The notes under the pieces: model-generated
What the model was told of the DNA's origin: nothing
The model's input: only the letters and a program-made list of their open reading frames with translations
Database searches by the model: none
Source: Bilabrum cf. latius
Lineage: Eukaryota
Length of the DNA: 20,000 nt
Assembly (NCBI GenBank): GCA_965178125.1
Contig: OZ237755.1
Span: forward strand, 981,398 to 1,001,397
Direction of reading: 5' to 3'
Shown: one piece after another, positions 9,927 through 19,465 of the stretch
Layout of the letters: every line of letters begins with the position of its first letter
Position numbering within the stretch: position 1 is the stretch's first letter
Program-made: the position numbers and the translations under genes

Positions 9927-11698
9927 ATGGCATCCATTTTTTCTAGCTTCATGAGCAAGAAGACCAGCGAGTATGGGGTATGGGTAGATGATGAAGCTCT
10001 CCCAAATTGTATGGTGTGTGATACTGCCTTCAGCCTTTCACAGCGAAAGCACCACTGCCGCAACTGTGGAGCGAGTGCCTGTGGCAATTGCACAAAAAAC
10101 ACTATGTTCTTGGAATCTTCGAGATCAGGACAGCCGAAAAGGATCTGTGACTGGTGCTATTTTCAGGACCGGCTGTGGGATGAAACCGATGAAGATACTA
10201 TCAAGCCAGAGGATTGCAGCGACCCAGCGCGACCACACATCATTCAGCAGGTAAGAGGCACGAGCAACACGGCTCCATTTGGTTTGTGAATATCAATTTC
10301 GATGTGTTTATTCCGACGAGTTCAGCTCATACACACTACTCGCCTTCATCCCCGCAGCCCCGAGTCAATGTTGCCGATGCATCCGCCTATGGCAAGGACG
10401 CGGTCCTGGCGGGACGTTGGAAGGCCATCATGATGTGCCACTACTGGCCCCTTACCCTTGTAGGGTCATCAAAAGAAAAAGGCGAGGATGGCGCAGACCG
10501 GATGGTCTCCGTGAACAGGCTGGAGTGGGACCTTGACCTCGGCTCGAAGGGGTCTGCTGTGCGCGGCAGGGGTGGCTCGATCCCGGACGTGGCAGCAGGG
10601 TCAATTGCCGAAGGCCATGTGCTCCCTTCGACTGGCAAGGTCGAATTGAACTTACACGTTCCGGGAGGCGGTGACATGCGCCCGGGCTTCTCGAAAGGTG
10701 CGCCGCACGGCATGCGAGTGCGCATGCTGGGGTGGTTCAAAGGGGACGGGTGCATCGTGGGGCGCTTTGAGGCTGAGAGCAGAGACAAGCCACTGTCGGA
10801 GTCGCTGTTGCGTGGTGCATCTGTTGGTCCCGGGAGCGAGCTGGAGGGGCTGAGCGCGCCGCTCATCGTGGCCCTAAGGGGGTTTGACTACACCCCCATG
10901 CGTGGCTCTGCTCCCTTTCTGGGGACGTTCACACTCGTCCCAACCGATGGAGCGGTGCAGTCCGCGGTTGATCTGTCCAGCGTTGATCCTAAAGAGGCGC
11001 AGGTGGGCCTTCCTGCGAGAAAGCAGCGAGCTGGTGGTCCTAGGCGGGGCGGCGCTGCCAGTAGCTCGGCTGGCTCGGCTGCTGCCGGGGGTGCAGGGGG
11101 CGGCTCCGCAGCCGGCAAGTCGCCCAAGGCGAGCGCGGGGGCCCCTTAGGTAGACAAGAAGGAGGCCATTGCAGCACTGCAAGAGGTAGAGTGGGACGGA
11201 GAGTGGGAGTTCGTCCTGACTTATCAAAGCGTAGAGCTGAATGCTGGTGGGTCCAGCACAGTGGGCGGCATGGATGTCGACGCGTTCCGCGCTTCGCCTG
11301 CAGGTGGCCGCGGGGCCGGCCGTCTGGGTGCTTCAACGCAGGTTCGAGCTGGCAGCAAGCAGCTGGTGGACATCACTTTGAAGGCGAAGAGCAGGACGTA
11401 CATCGGAGGTACGGCTGAAGACATGGGCCAGTTCGGCAAGAAGATCACGGTCACCGGGTCCATTCAGCGCGCCACGGGCAAGGTCACTCTCCAGCTATCT
11501 GCCAAGGGTGCCTCTGTCAGCACCAATTTTACCTTGAATGGGCATTTTAACAAGGAGGGGCAGATGCTCGGCACATTTACCGGATGTGAAATCGCCCGTG
11601 ACGCGGGTAGCGTGTCTGGGATCTTCAAGGCTGTGCGCTCAGGGGAGGGGTCTGGCGCTGGCGACGGCCCCGACAAAGAGGCCAGCGATGACGAGTAA
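9927..11698 (+). CDS. FYVE zinc-finger protein with two repeated beta-rich C-terminal domains, 554 aa, 2 exons (9927-10250, 10358-11698)
   Basis: WVDD...CMVC...RKHHCRNCG...CGNC...RICDWC is the canonical FYVE signature. Phase-0 intron GTAAGA...CCCGCAG. A single TAG at 11147-11149 separates two in-frame ORFs. Ends in TAA. Confidence 0.87.
10251..10357 (+). other. 107-nt spliceosomal intron in the FYVE gene
   Basis: CAG|GTAAGA donor and CCCGCAG acceptor. Restores the frame between the FYVE exon and the long downstream ORF. Confidence 0.85.
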
Positions 11699-11927
11699 GC
11701 CTTGGCGAATCAGATCGAGGGCAGACAAGGGCGCAGGGTCTTAAGGATAAGGCTTGGAGAGCTTCTAGAGCTTGTGGTGGTTTGTTCTGGACTCATTGTC
11801 TTAGTTGTATCCGTAAACAGCATGCAAAACATTAAAAATTCGCTCCGCCTACCCCTCTTGTTGGAGGGTTGCCCACCAAGCAAGACTCACGCCACTCGGA
11901 TTCTATCCGGATGGGCGAACCATTGAG

Positions 11928-14900
11928 TTACGGCACCACACGCATTCCTTCACGTTGGAGTGCAACTGATACAGCACCCTCCGTTGCCACCGCTGTCCAC
12001 CACTGCCCATCTACGCCATCATCAGAGCCTCCTGCCTTGGTGCCACCCTCGAGTAGGCTCTCCCAGCGGCTCCACACGGCTTCCACGCCATCCCTTGAGT
12101 CACCACACCCCGCTTGCACCGCCTCTCGCGCTTTGTTTTCAGCAAACCTGGCATCGCGTGAGGTTGGCTTAAGCACGCCAACGACTGTAGGAGCGTGCAC
12201 TTCTCTTGCAGATGATGCCCCCGAAGCACTTGTGAGTCCGTCCTCGAGGCTGCCCAGGTAAGCCAGCAAGGCCTGCGCATCTCGCACGGACACTGGATGC
12301 TCCTCTATCCCGCTCCTTCCAATCGCTTCGATCAGTTTGTCTGCGGAAATAGTGCGCCGAGAGCTCAAGAGTGCGGCCCAGTGTCCCTCGCTCTCCGGCC
12401 CCTTGGCCTCATCCGCTGCACACACGGCCTCCCGAATCCTCTGCAGTGCGCTCCACACAGCGTCAGGCATGCTGGCAAGTGCCAAAGCCTACCTCCAGAA
12501 AACCGCGCCCTCAGACTCGCTGTGCGTTGAGAGCCAGTCGGAGACACTCCGTGCATCCACATCGGCTGGCGAAGTGCCGGACTCCCGTTCTCCGGATTCT
12601 GGGGGGCCGTCCCAAGCGATGCTGACCACTATATTGCCGGACTTGCTGCCTTCCGAACCCGAAAGAGAGAATGATTTCTTCCCGATGGACTAACCGGCCA
12701 CAACGCCTGACAGACTGATGGCGCACTCCCCCAGCAACCCTGCCGTGTGTGCTTCCAGTGGGTGACCACTTGACAACGCCGTCGATGCGAGATCCCCCGC
12801 CGCCCTGGCCGTGTCATCGAATACTCGCACCCTCAGCGCTGTATCCGCAAGCTTGGACCCCAGGCCAGACCGAGCCGCCTTGCACCGGTACTGCTCGTCA
12901 AACATGGGCCTGCTTCCAGGCTCGGCCACCTGCGAAAAAAACACGTGTTCCCCGGATTCCCATGCACCACCACCGAGAGCGGGCGCAATAACCTGGCAGT
13001 ATGCAACCGGGGTCCTACCTCCTGCGGTAGGAGCCAAGTCCGTGCACCTGTGCAATGTCACAACAAGCTGTCCAAAGCTGTGTCTCGTCTATTGAGATCC
13101 AGTCCCCACGTCTCGCGTGGCTCCAAGCGCAACGTCAGCGGCTGCATCATCAGCATCACTGAGAATTGCCTTGGCTTCCGCGATCTTACCCTGCTCTTGA
13201 GAGCTGCCAGGCTCGCTGATTGAGCGCACCACTAGCTAAGACTGGAGCCACATGCATACCTCGGGCCATGGCGAACGACCCAGGCGCATCTCAACGCAAA
13301 GAGAGCCCACTACTGCGCCTCCTGCAGCCCTGACTGGGACAGAGGGAAATCGTACCCTCGGGCGACGCAGCCCGACCGGAAGATCATCAACACTCAGCTC
13401 AGCCGCACCCCCATCGGCGTCTTTCCTTTCGTTGTGTGCACGGCACCACGCCGCGGCCGCATTGCTTATCAAGGCAACCAGCGGGACCGTTGCTGTCCCT
13501 ATTGTCTCCGCTTCACCCCCGCGGACCCGAGTCAGAGAGAGAGACAGCGAATCCCGCCGAAGCCACCTGAACGCTCGCATCGAGTCCTGTGGCTGCTCGG
13601 CTGCAGTTGGCAACGGGAACACAGGGGCAAAATTCCACGCCGCAGCCGGTCCAGCGGCTATTGGCGAACACTGAGTCTCAAAATCCCAGGCATCCACCGC
13701 AACGAACGAGCTGTCGGTGGGACCCAGCAAAACTGGTGACACCTCGCCCGACTCAATCCACACTTCTAGTGGCAATCCAATGGATGCATCCTCAGTTTCG
13801 CCTCGACTTGGTGTGACTTGACCAGCCTTCTCTGCATATCCAGCGAGGCCACCACCAGAAAAGCTGTCCAGAGTGGAAGCACTGGCCTCCAGCACATCGT
13901 CACTCGAAGTGTCATGGTTACCTGGCCTGCCATCTACGTCTTGGGTGGAACGGCCGCGGGCCGCTTCGCCAGACTCGAATCGATGTAATGCGCCTGTTGA
14001 TCCAGACTGCAGAGCTCCTGCCAGCTTCCGGACCTGCTGCTGAAGCAAGCCTCTCTCGCGCAGCAGGGCAGCCCTCTGGTCTTGCAGGTCGGAAACCAGC
14101 CTCTACTTTCGCTGCACCAGCCGCCTCAACTATTCCATTTCCTGGCGCTGCTCGGCTAATCCCGTGTCATGCTGTCCTCTGAGTCTCTTAGCCTCCTCTT
14201 CAAGGTCCTAGATCTGCTCCCGCTGCGCCGCCAGAAGCCGCTCCTGCCTCTCGGACTGCTGCTGGGAGTCTAGAAGCAGCACCCGCGTCTCTTTCAGGCG
14301 TTTCGCGAGCGTGCTCGCAGCCAGCACATCTGCTGTCTCATCGGATGCCCCTGCTCCGTCTGCCTTCCTCCTCACGATGGCAAGCGCCTCCTCCAGCTCG
14401 GGCAAGGGGACGGCCGGCCCACCCCCCACCGCGCCGAGGACCGGGTCTCCACCCGTCCCATCTGCCCCAGCAAAAATCGACAGGTGCTTTCTCAGCGATG
14501 CAGTGCCCCGAGCTGCATCGTCAGCACGCTCTCTTAGACGGCTCGCATCGTCCGTTGCCTCTCTCAAGGCCTCCTCGCGATCTCGCAGCCTGGCCCGCAG
14601 CAGCCTGAGCTCCTGGTACTGCTCTTGGACAGTGCTTCGCAGGTGCACGAGGGCCTCCTGCTGCTTCTTATCGCTGGCCTCCAGCTCTTTGAGTCGCCTG
14701 GCAGACTTGGCGGCGTCTTCACCCTGCGCGAAGAAGGGCGAGGCCAGCACGTCCTGCAGGCGAGCCTCGAGCCGACGAACTTCCGCACGAAGCTCTGAAA
14801 CCTCATTCTCTAGCCTATCGGCATCATCAGCGCGCTAGCGAAGCATTTCGCAATCCGCTTGACAGCGTTGCAGTGCCTGTCTCGCGTCCCTCAGCTCCTG

Positions 14901-15862
14901 CGCCTGCTCCTCGAAGGCCCCCGTGGCTCGCTCGTACACTGCACGGCGGGCATCTGCGCCTTCCTCTGCTCGTGCTAGTCTAACCCTTAGACTAGCCAAC
15001 TCGGCATCCTTGGCGTGGTCTTCGAGCTTCGATTCCCGTCCGTTCAACGCAGCACGAGAAGGAGGTGGGCTCGCGCCTCTCACCCGGCTGACGTCCTGGT
15101 CCCCGATCTGGTCTCTTAGCGCGGCATTCTCTCGTTTAGCATCCCGAAGCGCGCCCTCTAGAGCTGCTAGTCTCTCTTTGAGTCGCTTTTGCAACATCCG
15201 CGCTGCATCTGCGCTTCCGACAGACTCGCGAGACCGCCTCTGCCTGTCCAACGGGGACCCGCCTACCGGGCGACCGACAGCCGCATGAGCAGATGGGGGG
15301 ATTCCGCTATCACTCCTCCTGGTTGCGTGTCGAACTTCAAGTCCTTTCTTGGACTTCCTCTCCTGTCTAAACACAGTGCTAGGTTTGCGGCGTAATCTCT
15401 CCTGCAGCTCCCGTACTTTGTCTTCCGCCTTCCTCAACCGCTTTCTCGCGCGGACCAATTCTGTTTTTAGGCTAGAATTCTCTTCTTGCTACTCTAAATA
15501 CGCTCGGCCTGCGTAGTGCGGACAATTGGGCTCGCACGGTGTTGCTTTGTATGACTAGCTGGTAAACGGCCGCCATCCAATGAATTGGCCTGTCTCACCT
15601 GTTGATCCTGCAGAGGCTGATGCACCCCTCTTGATCGATTCTTCTAAAATCATGAGTTTCGTTCTCAGCCTGAGGTGCGAGTATAGAGGTAATGGAATGG
15701 CAGCAGAGTGCAACTCGATCGTTTACAACGGACCGCAATCGGATTCGGCAAGCCGTACCTTTTCAAGTCGTCATCTTGGACCAAAGCCCGGGATTTTAGG
15801 CTGGAGTTCTCATCTCTTAATCTAAGGTACTTATCCTCAAGGTCTGCAGTCCCTGATTCCAT
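11928..15862 (-). CDS. RPGRIP1L: RPGRIP1L/Fantom (MKS5/NPHP8)-like ciliary transition-zone protein, ~1251 aa, 3 exons (15862-15759, 15669-15599, 15508-11928)
   Basis: The spliced N-terminus DLEDKYLRLRDENSSLKSRALVQDDDLKRLRTKL matches the RPGRIP1/RPGRIP1L N-terminal pattern. It is followed by a long coiled coil, the C2-type motif FVAVDAWDFETQCSPIAAGPAAAWNF, and a further C2-like domain (GQLVVTLHRCTDL...RPMFDEQY...LRVRVFDD...LLGECAISL). Five track ORFs share one frame containing 9 TAGs; it ends at TAA 11928-11930. Confidence 0.88.
15509..15598 (-). other. 90-nt intron 2 of the RPGRIP1L-like gene
   Basis: GTGAGA...TACGCAG, phase 1, frame-restoring. Confidence 0.78.
15670..15758 (-). other. 89-nt intron 1 of the RPGRIP1L-like gene
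   Basis: AG|GTACGG...ACCTCAG, phase 2. Splicing yields the conserved-looking KRLRTKL. Confidence 0.82.
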
Positions 15863-16490
15863 CGTTGGGTAGCCTTTGCGAATAGAGTTTGATGAGCACA
15901 ATGCAGCGGAACCACTGCCAGTGGCCGCGAACTATCGAATTGCGCGGCAACCAAACATCCGAATACAAATGCGACAGGCTGTGTACACACGCACTATTGA
16001 CAGTCATGTTGAATAAAGATTGCGTGTACGGGGATAGAAAACGCACTGATTCTGGTTGTGAATACTCAGCCCCCCGCCAGACTCGACACCCGCCACTGGC
16101 CTGCCAAGCCCACTTGCCCGCCCTCGTCCCGAGTGGCCTAATAGGATTGTCAGCCTACATATGTGGTTCGTGGAAGAGTAATAGGTGCTCGCTGATCATC
16201 CAAGAGTACGTCGCTCTTGACTGGCCCAAACTGGCTCGGACAAGCATAGAGATCTGCAGACGAACCAATTATTCGGCGCAGCATTGAGGCTATACCATGC
16301 CTGGTCGCTGGTCTGATACTAGAAAGCCGCATGCTGTACGTCGGTTGGATCTGCACGCCGGCAGCCAACCGAGCTCGTCTCGACTGCCAGCGGGGCCCAC
16401 GCTCCCCCTGGCATGTTCGCACACAACCACCACTAGCACGGTCGAAGTCGGACTGCTATGTGCGAACGGATTGAGTACCCGTCCTAAAAG

Positions 16491-17232
16491 TCACCATGCT
16501 CGAAGCGTGCATACGGATTCAACCATTGAGAAGGCTGCTAAATCGAGTAGTTGCTCCTGCTGCCGATGCACGTCATGCTGCAGCTGGCCTTGCCCTGCAG
16601 CCCACCTGCTGTGCTAGCTATTCGTCTTGTCTCTTCGTTTGGTAACTGTGCAAGCCCGCATATCGGCTTGCGTTGCGCTCGCGTCACTTACCACGGGACT
16701 GCGTCATTGATGCCGGCAAACAAACCTATGATTGCTCACACTTGCACTAAGCAACCCCACAAAAGCAATCAAAATTGCCATCAACTCCCCCTGGTGGTCC
16801 ACCTGTGCTTGATTGATCGCATGAGCAATCCATTTCTTCTTGTACATTCTCCAGCCATCCGCCACCAAGGGGGTTGCCGTGAGCACGGGACCTAGCCCCC
16901 ACGAATCGATCGGCTCGCGATCGGCATGAACATGGCACAGTACACTAGCAAATACTGTTTGTTGCTGCCTCGTCCTGGCTTGCAGATTGCCAAACACCGT
17001 TGCTTTCAGTGCTGCTTGCTAATTCAGCAGTTCGGTGCCCAAACAAGTCTAGTCTCCAGCATTCCATGCCCTCTTCTGCAGCAATCAGGTCATAATTCGA
17101 TAAATCTGAATTATTTTGCAACAAGTAAAGGGCGTCAACTAGTGCTTCCGATGAAACGGAATGCAAAATCGGAGTCGTTGCCCAGGCCGTGGAAGAGACT
17201 GCAACTGCTACACAAAGCAAGGCACTTCCCAT
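16491..17232 (-). CDS. Candidate secreted Cys-rich protein (subtelomeric), ~231 aa with one predicted 46-nt intron (16691-16646)
   Basis: MGSALLCVAVAVSSTAWA resembles a signal peptide. ORFs 16945..17235 and 16747..16938 are in frame and joined by TAG. Repeated CxC motifs are present, and a GTAAGT donor lies just before an in-frame TGA. The second exon is speculative. Confidence 0.35.
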
Positions 17233-17512
17233 CAAAAATGATATCTCAGAGTATGGCTAAAATAAGAAAACTGAAATACTCTAAAGTGCGCAAGTAGATC
17301 AGTAAGTAGCAAGATATGTGGAGCCAGTCCATGCACCGGGCTTTCCAGGTCGTTCCTATTGTCACAATCCTTGCAGGGTTGTTTCCGAGTTTCACTGGTC
17401 ACCATCGCAACGTTTGCCTCAACTTGTTGAACCACCCATCAATGTGTCAGACGAACCTACGCACTGCCCCTGAACTACATCCACCCACCGGTTGACCACG
17501 ACCCCACATAGA

Positions 17513-18571
17513 TGCCCTCTGCCCTTGTCACCATCCAGGGCACCTACGCTCCACCCACCTACCACACGACACACCTGCCCTCTGCCCTTGTCACCATCCA
17601 GGGCACCTACGCTCCACCCACCTACCACACGACACACCTGCCCTCTGCCCTTGTCACCATCCAGGGCACCTACGCTCCACCCACCTGCCACACGACACAC
17701 CTGCCCTCTGCCCTTGTCACCATCCAGGGCACCTACGCTCCACCCACCTACCACACGACACACCTGCCCTCTGCCCTTGTCACCATCCAGGGCACCTACG
17801 CTCCACCCACCTACCACACGACACACCTGCCCTCTGCCCTTGTCACCATCCAGGGCACCTACGCTCCACCCACCTACCACACGACACACCTGCCCTCTGC
17901 CCTTGTCACCATCCAGGGCACCTACGCTCCACCCACCTACCACACGACACACCTGCCCTCTGCCCTTGTCACCATCCAGGGCACCTACGCTCCACCCACC
18001 TACCACACGACACACCTGCCCTCTGCCCTTGTCACCATCCAGGGCACCTACGCTCCACCCACCTACCACACGACACACCTGCCCTCTGCCCTTGTCACCA
18101 TCCAGGGCACCTACGCTCCACCCACCTACCACACGACACACCTGCCCTCTGCCCTTGTCACCATCCAGGGCACCTACGCTCCACCCACCTACCACACGAC
18201 ACACCTGCCCTCTGCCCTTGTCACCATCCAGGGCACCTACGCTCCACCCACCTACCACACGACACACCTGCCCTCTGCCCTTGTCACCATCCAGGGCACC
18301 TACGCTCCACCCACCTACCACACGACACACCTGCCCTCTGCCCTTGTCACCATCCAGGGCACCTACGCTCCACCCACCTGCCACACGACACACCTGCCCT
18401 CTGCCCTTGTCACCATCCAGGGCACCTACGCTCCACCCACCTGCCACACGACACACCTGCCCTCTGCCCTTGTCACCATCCAGGGCACCTACGCTCCACC
18501 CACCTACCACACGACACACCTGCCCTCTGCCCTTGTCACCATCCAGGGCAACTACGCTCCACCCACCTACC
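17513..18571. repeat. Subtelomeric 63-bp tandem minisatellite, ~17 near-identical copies
   Basis: Unit TGCCCTCTGCCCTTGTCACCATCCAGGGCACCTACGCTCCACCCACCTACCACACGACACACC, visible as 21-aa periodicity in the ORF track. Three copies carry an A>G variant and the last has a C>A variant. Confidence 0.97.
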
Positions 18572-18576
18572 CGGCT

Positions 18577-18702
18577 TTAGGGTTAGGGTTAGGGTTAGGG
18601 TTAGGGTTAGGGTTAGGGTTAGGGTTAGGGTTAGGGTTAGGGTTAGGGTTAGGGTTAGGGTTAGGGTTAGGGTTAGGGTTAGGGTTAGGGTTAGGGTTAG
18701 GG
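18577..18702 (+). repeat. Internal telomeric tract (TTAGGG)21
   Basis: 126 nt of perfect TTAGGG in the same orientation as the terminal array. Confidence 0.98.
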
Positions 18703-18762
18703 TATCTATTATAAAGTCAGGGACAGGGTCGGGGGAAAAATATTTTCATCTTCATTTTTTGT

Positions 18763-19465
18763 CGAAAATGTGCCCTCTGCGATCTCAGCAACTAGAATAG
18801 GTATGAAGATGATTCAAACTGTTTTGGGATGGCCTAGGGCCATATCATGGGGCAAATGTTCCCCAGGTTCCGTTTTGACCGTGCGGCGACGATACTGGCT
18901 GATGAAGATTTACATGCCAAAAATGTGCCCTCTGCGATCTCATCAACTAGAATAGGTATGAAGATGATTCGAACTGTTTTGGGACGGCCTAGGGACATAT
19001 CATGGGGCAAATGTTCCCCAGGTTCCGTTTTGACCGCGCGGCGACGATACTGGCTGATGAAGATTTACATGCCAAAAATGTGCCCTCTGCGATCTCAGCA
19101 ACTAGAATAGGTATGAAGATGATTCGAACTGTTTTGGGACGGCCTAGGGCCATATCATGGGGCAAATGTTCCCCAGGTTCCGTTTTGACCGTGCGGCGAC
19201 GATACTGGCTGATGAAGATTTACATGCCGAAAATGTGCCCTCTGCGATCTCAGCAACTAGAATAGGTATGAAGATGATTCGAACTGTTTTGGGATGGCCT
19301 AGGGCCATATCATGGGGCAAATGTTCCCCAGGGTCCGTTTTGACCGCGCGGCGACGATACTGGCTGATGAAGATTTACATGCCGAAAATGTGCCCTCTGC
19401 GATCTCAGCAACTAGAATAGGTATGAAGATGATTCAAATTGTTTTGGGACGGCCTAGGGCCATAT
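18763..19465. repeat. 155-bp tandem satellite, ~4.5 copies, between two telomeric tracts
   Basis: The unit starting AAAATGTGCCCTCTGCGATCTCAGCAACTAGAATAGG recurs every 155 nt (track ORFs at 18847, 19002, 19157) with few substitutions. The fifth copy stops at CCTAGGGCCATAT. Confidence 0.96.

Noticed and set aside
5496-15862. Interpreting the TAG-interrupted genes as pseudogenes or sequencing errors
   Set aside because: The interruptions are exclusively TAG, with no frameshifts or internal TAA/TGA, across several normally essential genes with intact motifs.
1264-15862. Ciliate/hexamitid-type UAR=Gln code, or pyrrolysine/selenocysteine recoding
   Set aside because: TAA appears only at gene ends and never internally. 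TAGs are numerous and fall in non-catalytic coiled-coil or disordered positions, and no internal TGA is seen.
17419-18714. Long repetitive ORFs (362-400 aa) on both strands, including a poly-(LG) tail
   Set aside because: They result from a stop-free 63-bp unit (a multiple of 3) and the TTAGGG tract. Several frames are open simultaneously, and nothing else supports coding.
18770-19420. Repeated 61-87 aa ORFs in the 155-bp satellite, or a 5S/SL RNA array
   Set aside because: The ORFs shift frame every unit and resemble no protein I know. I see no 5S rRNA or spliced-leader hallmarks, although an Rfam search was not possible.
17513-19465. CRISPR-like appearance of regularly spaced repeats
   Set aside because: The units are head-to-tail with no unique spacers, the context is eukaryotic and telomeric, and no cas genes are present.
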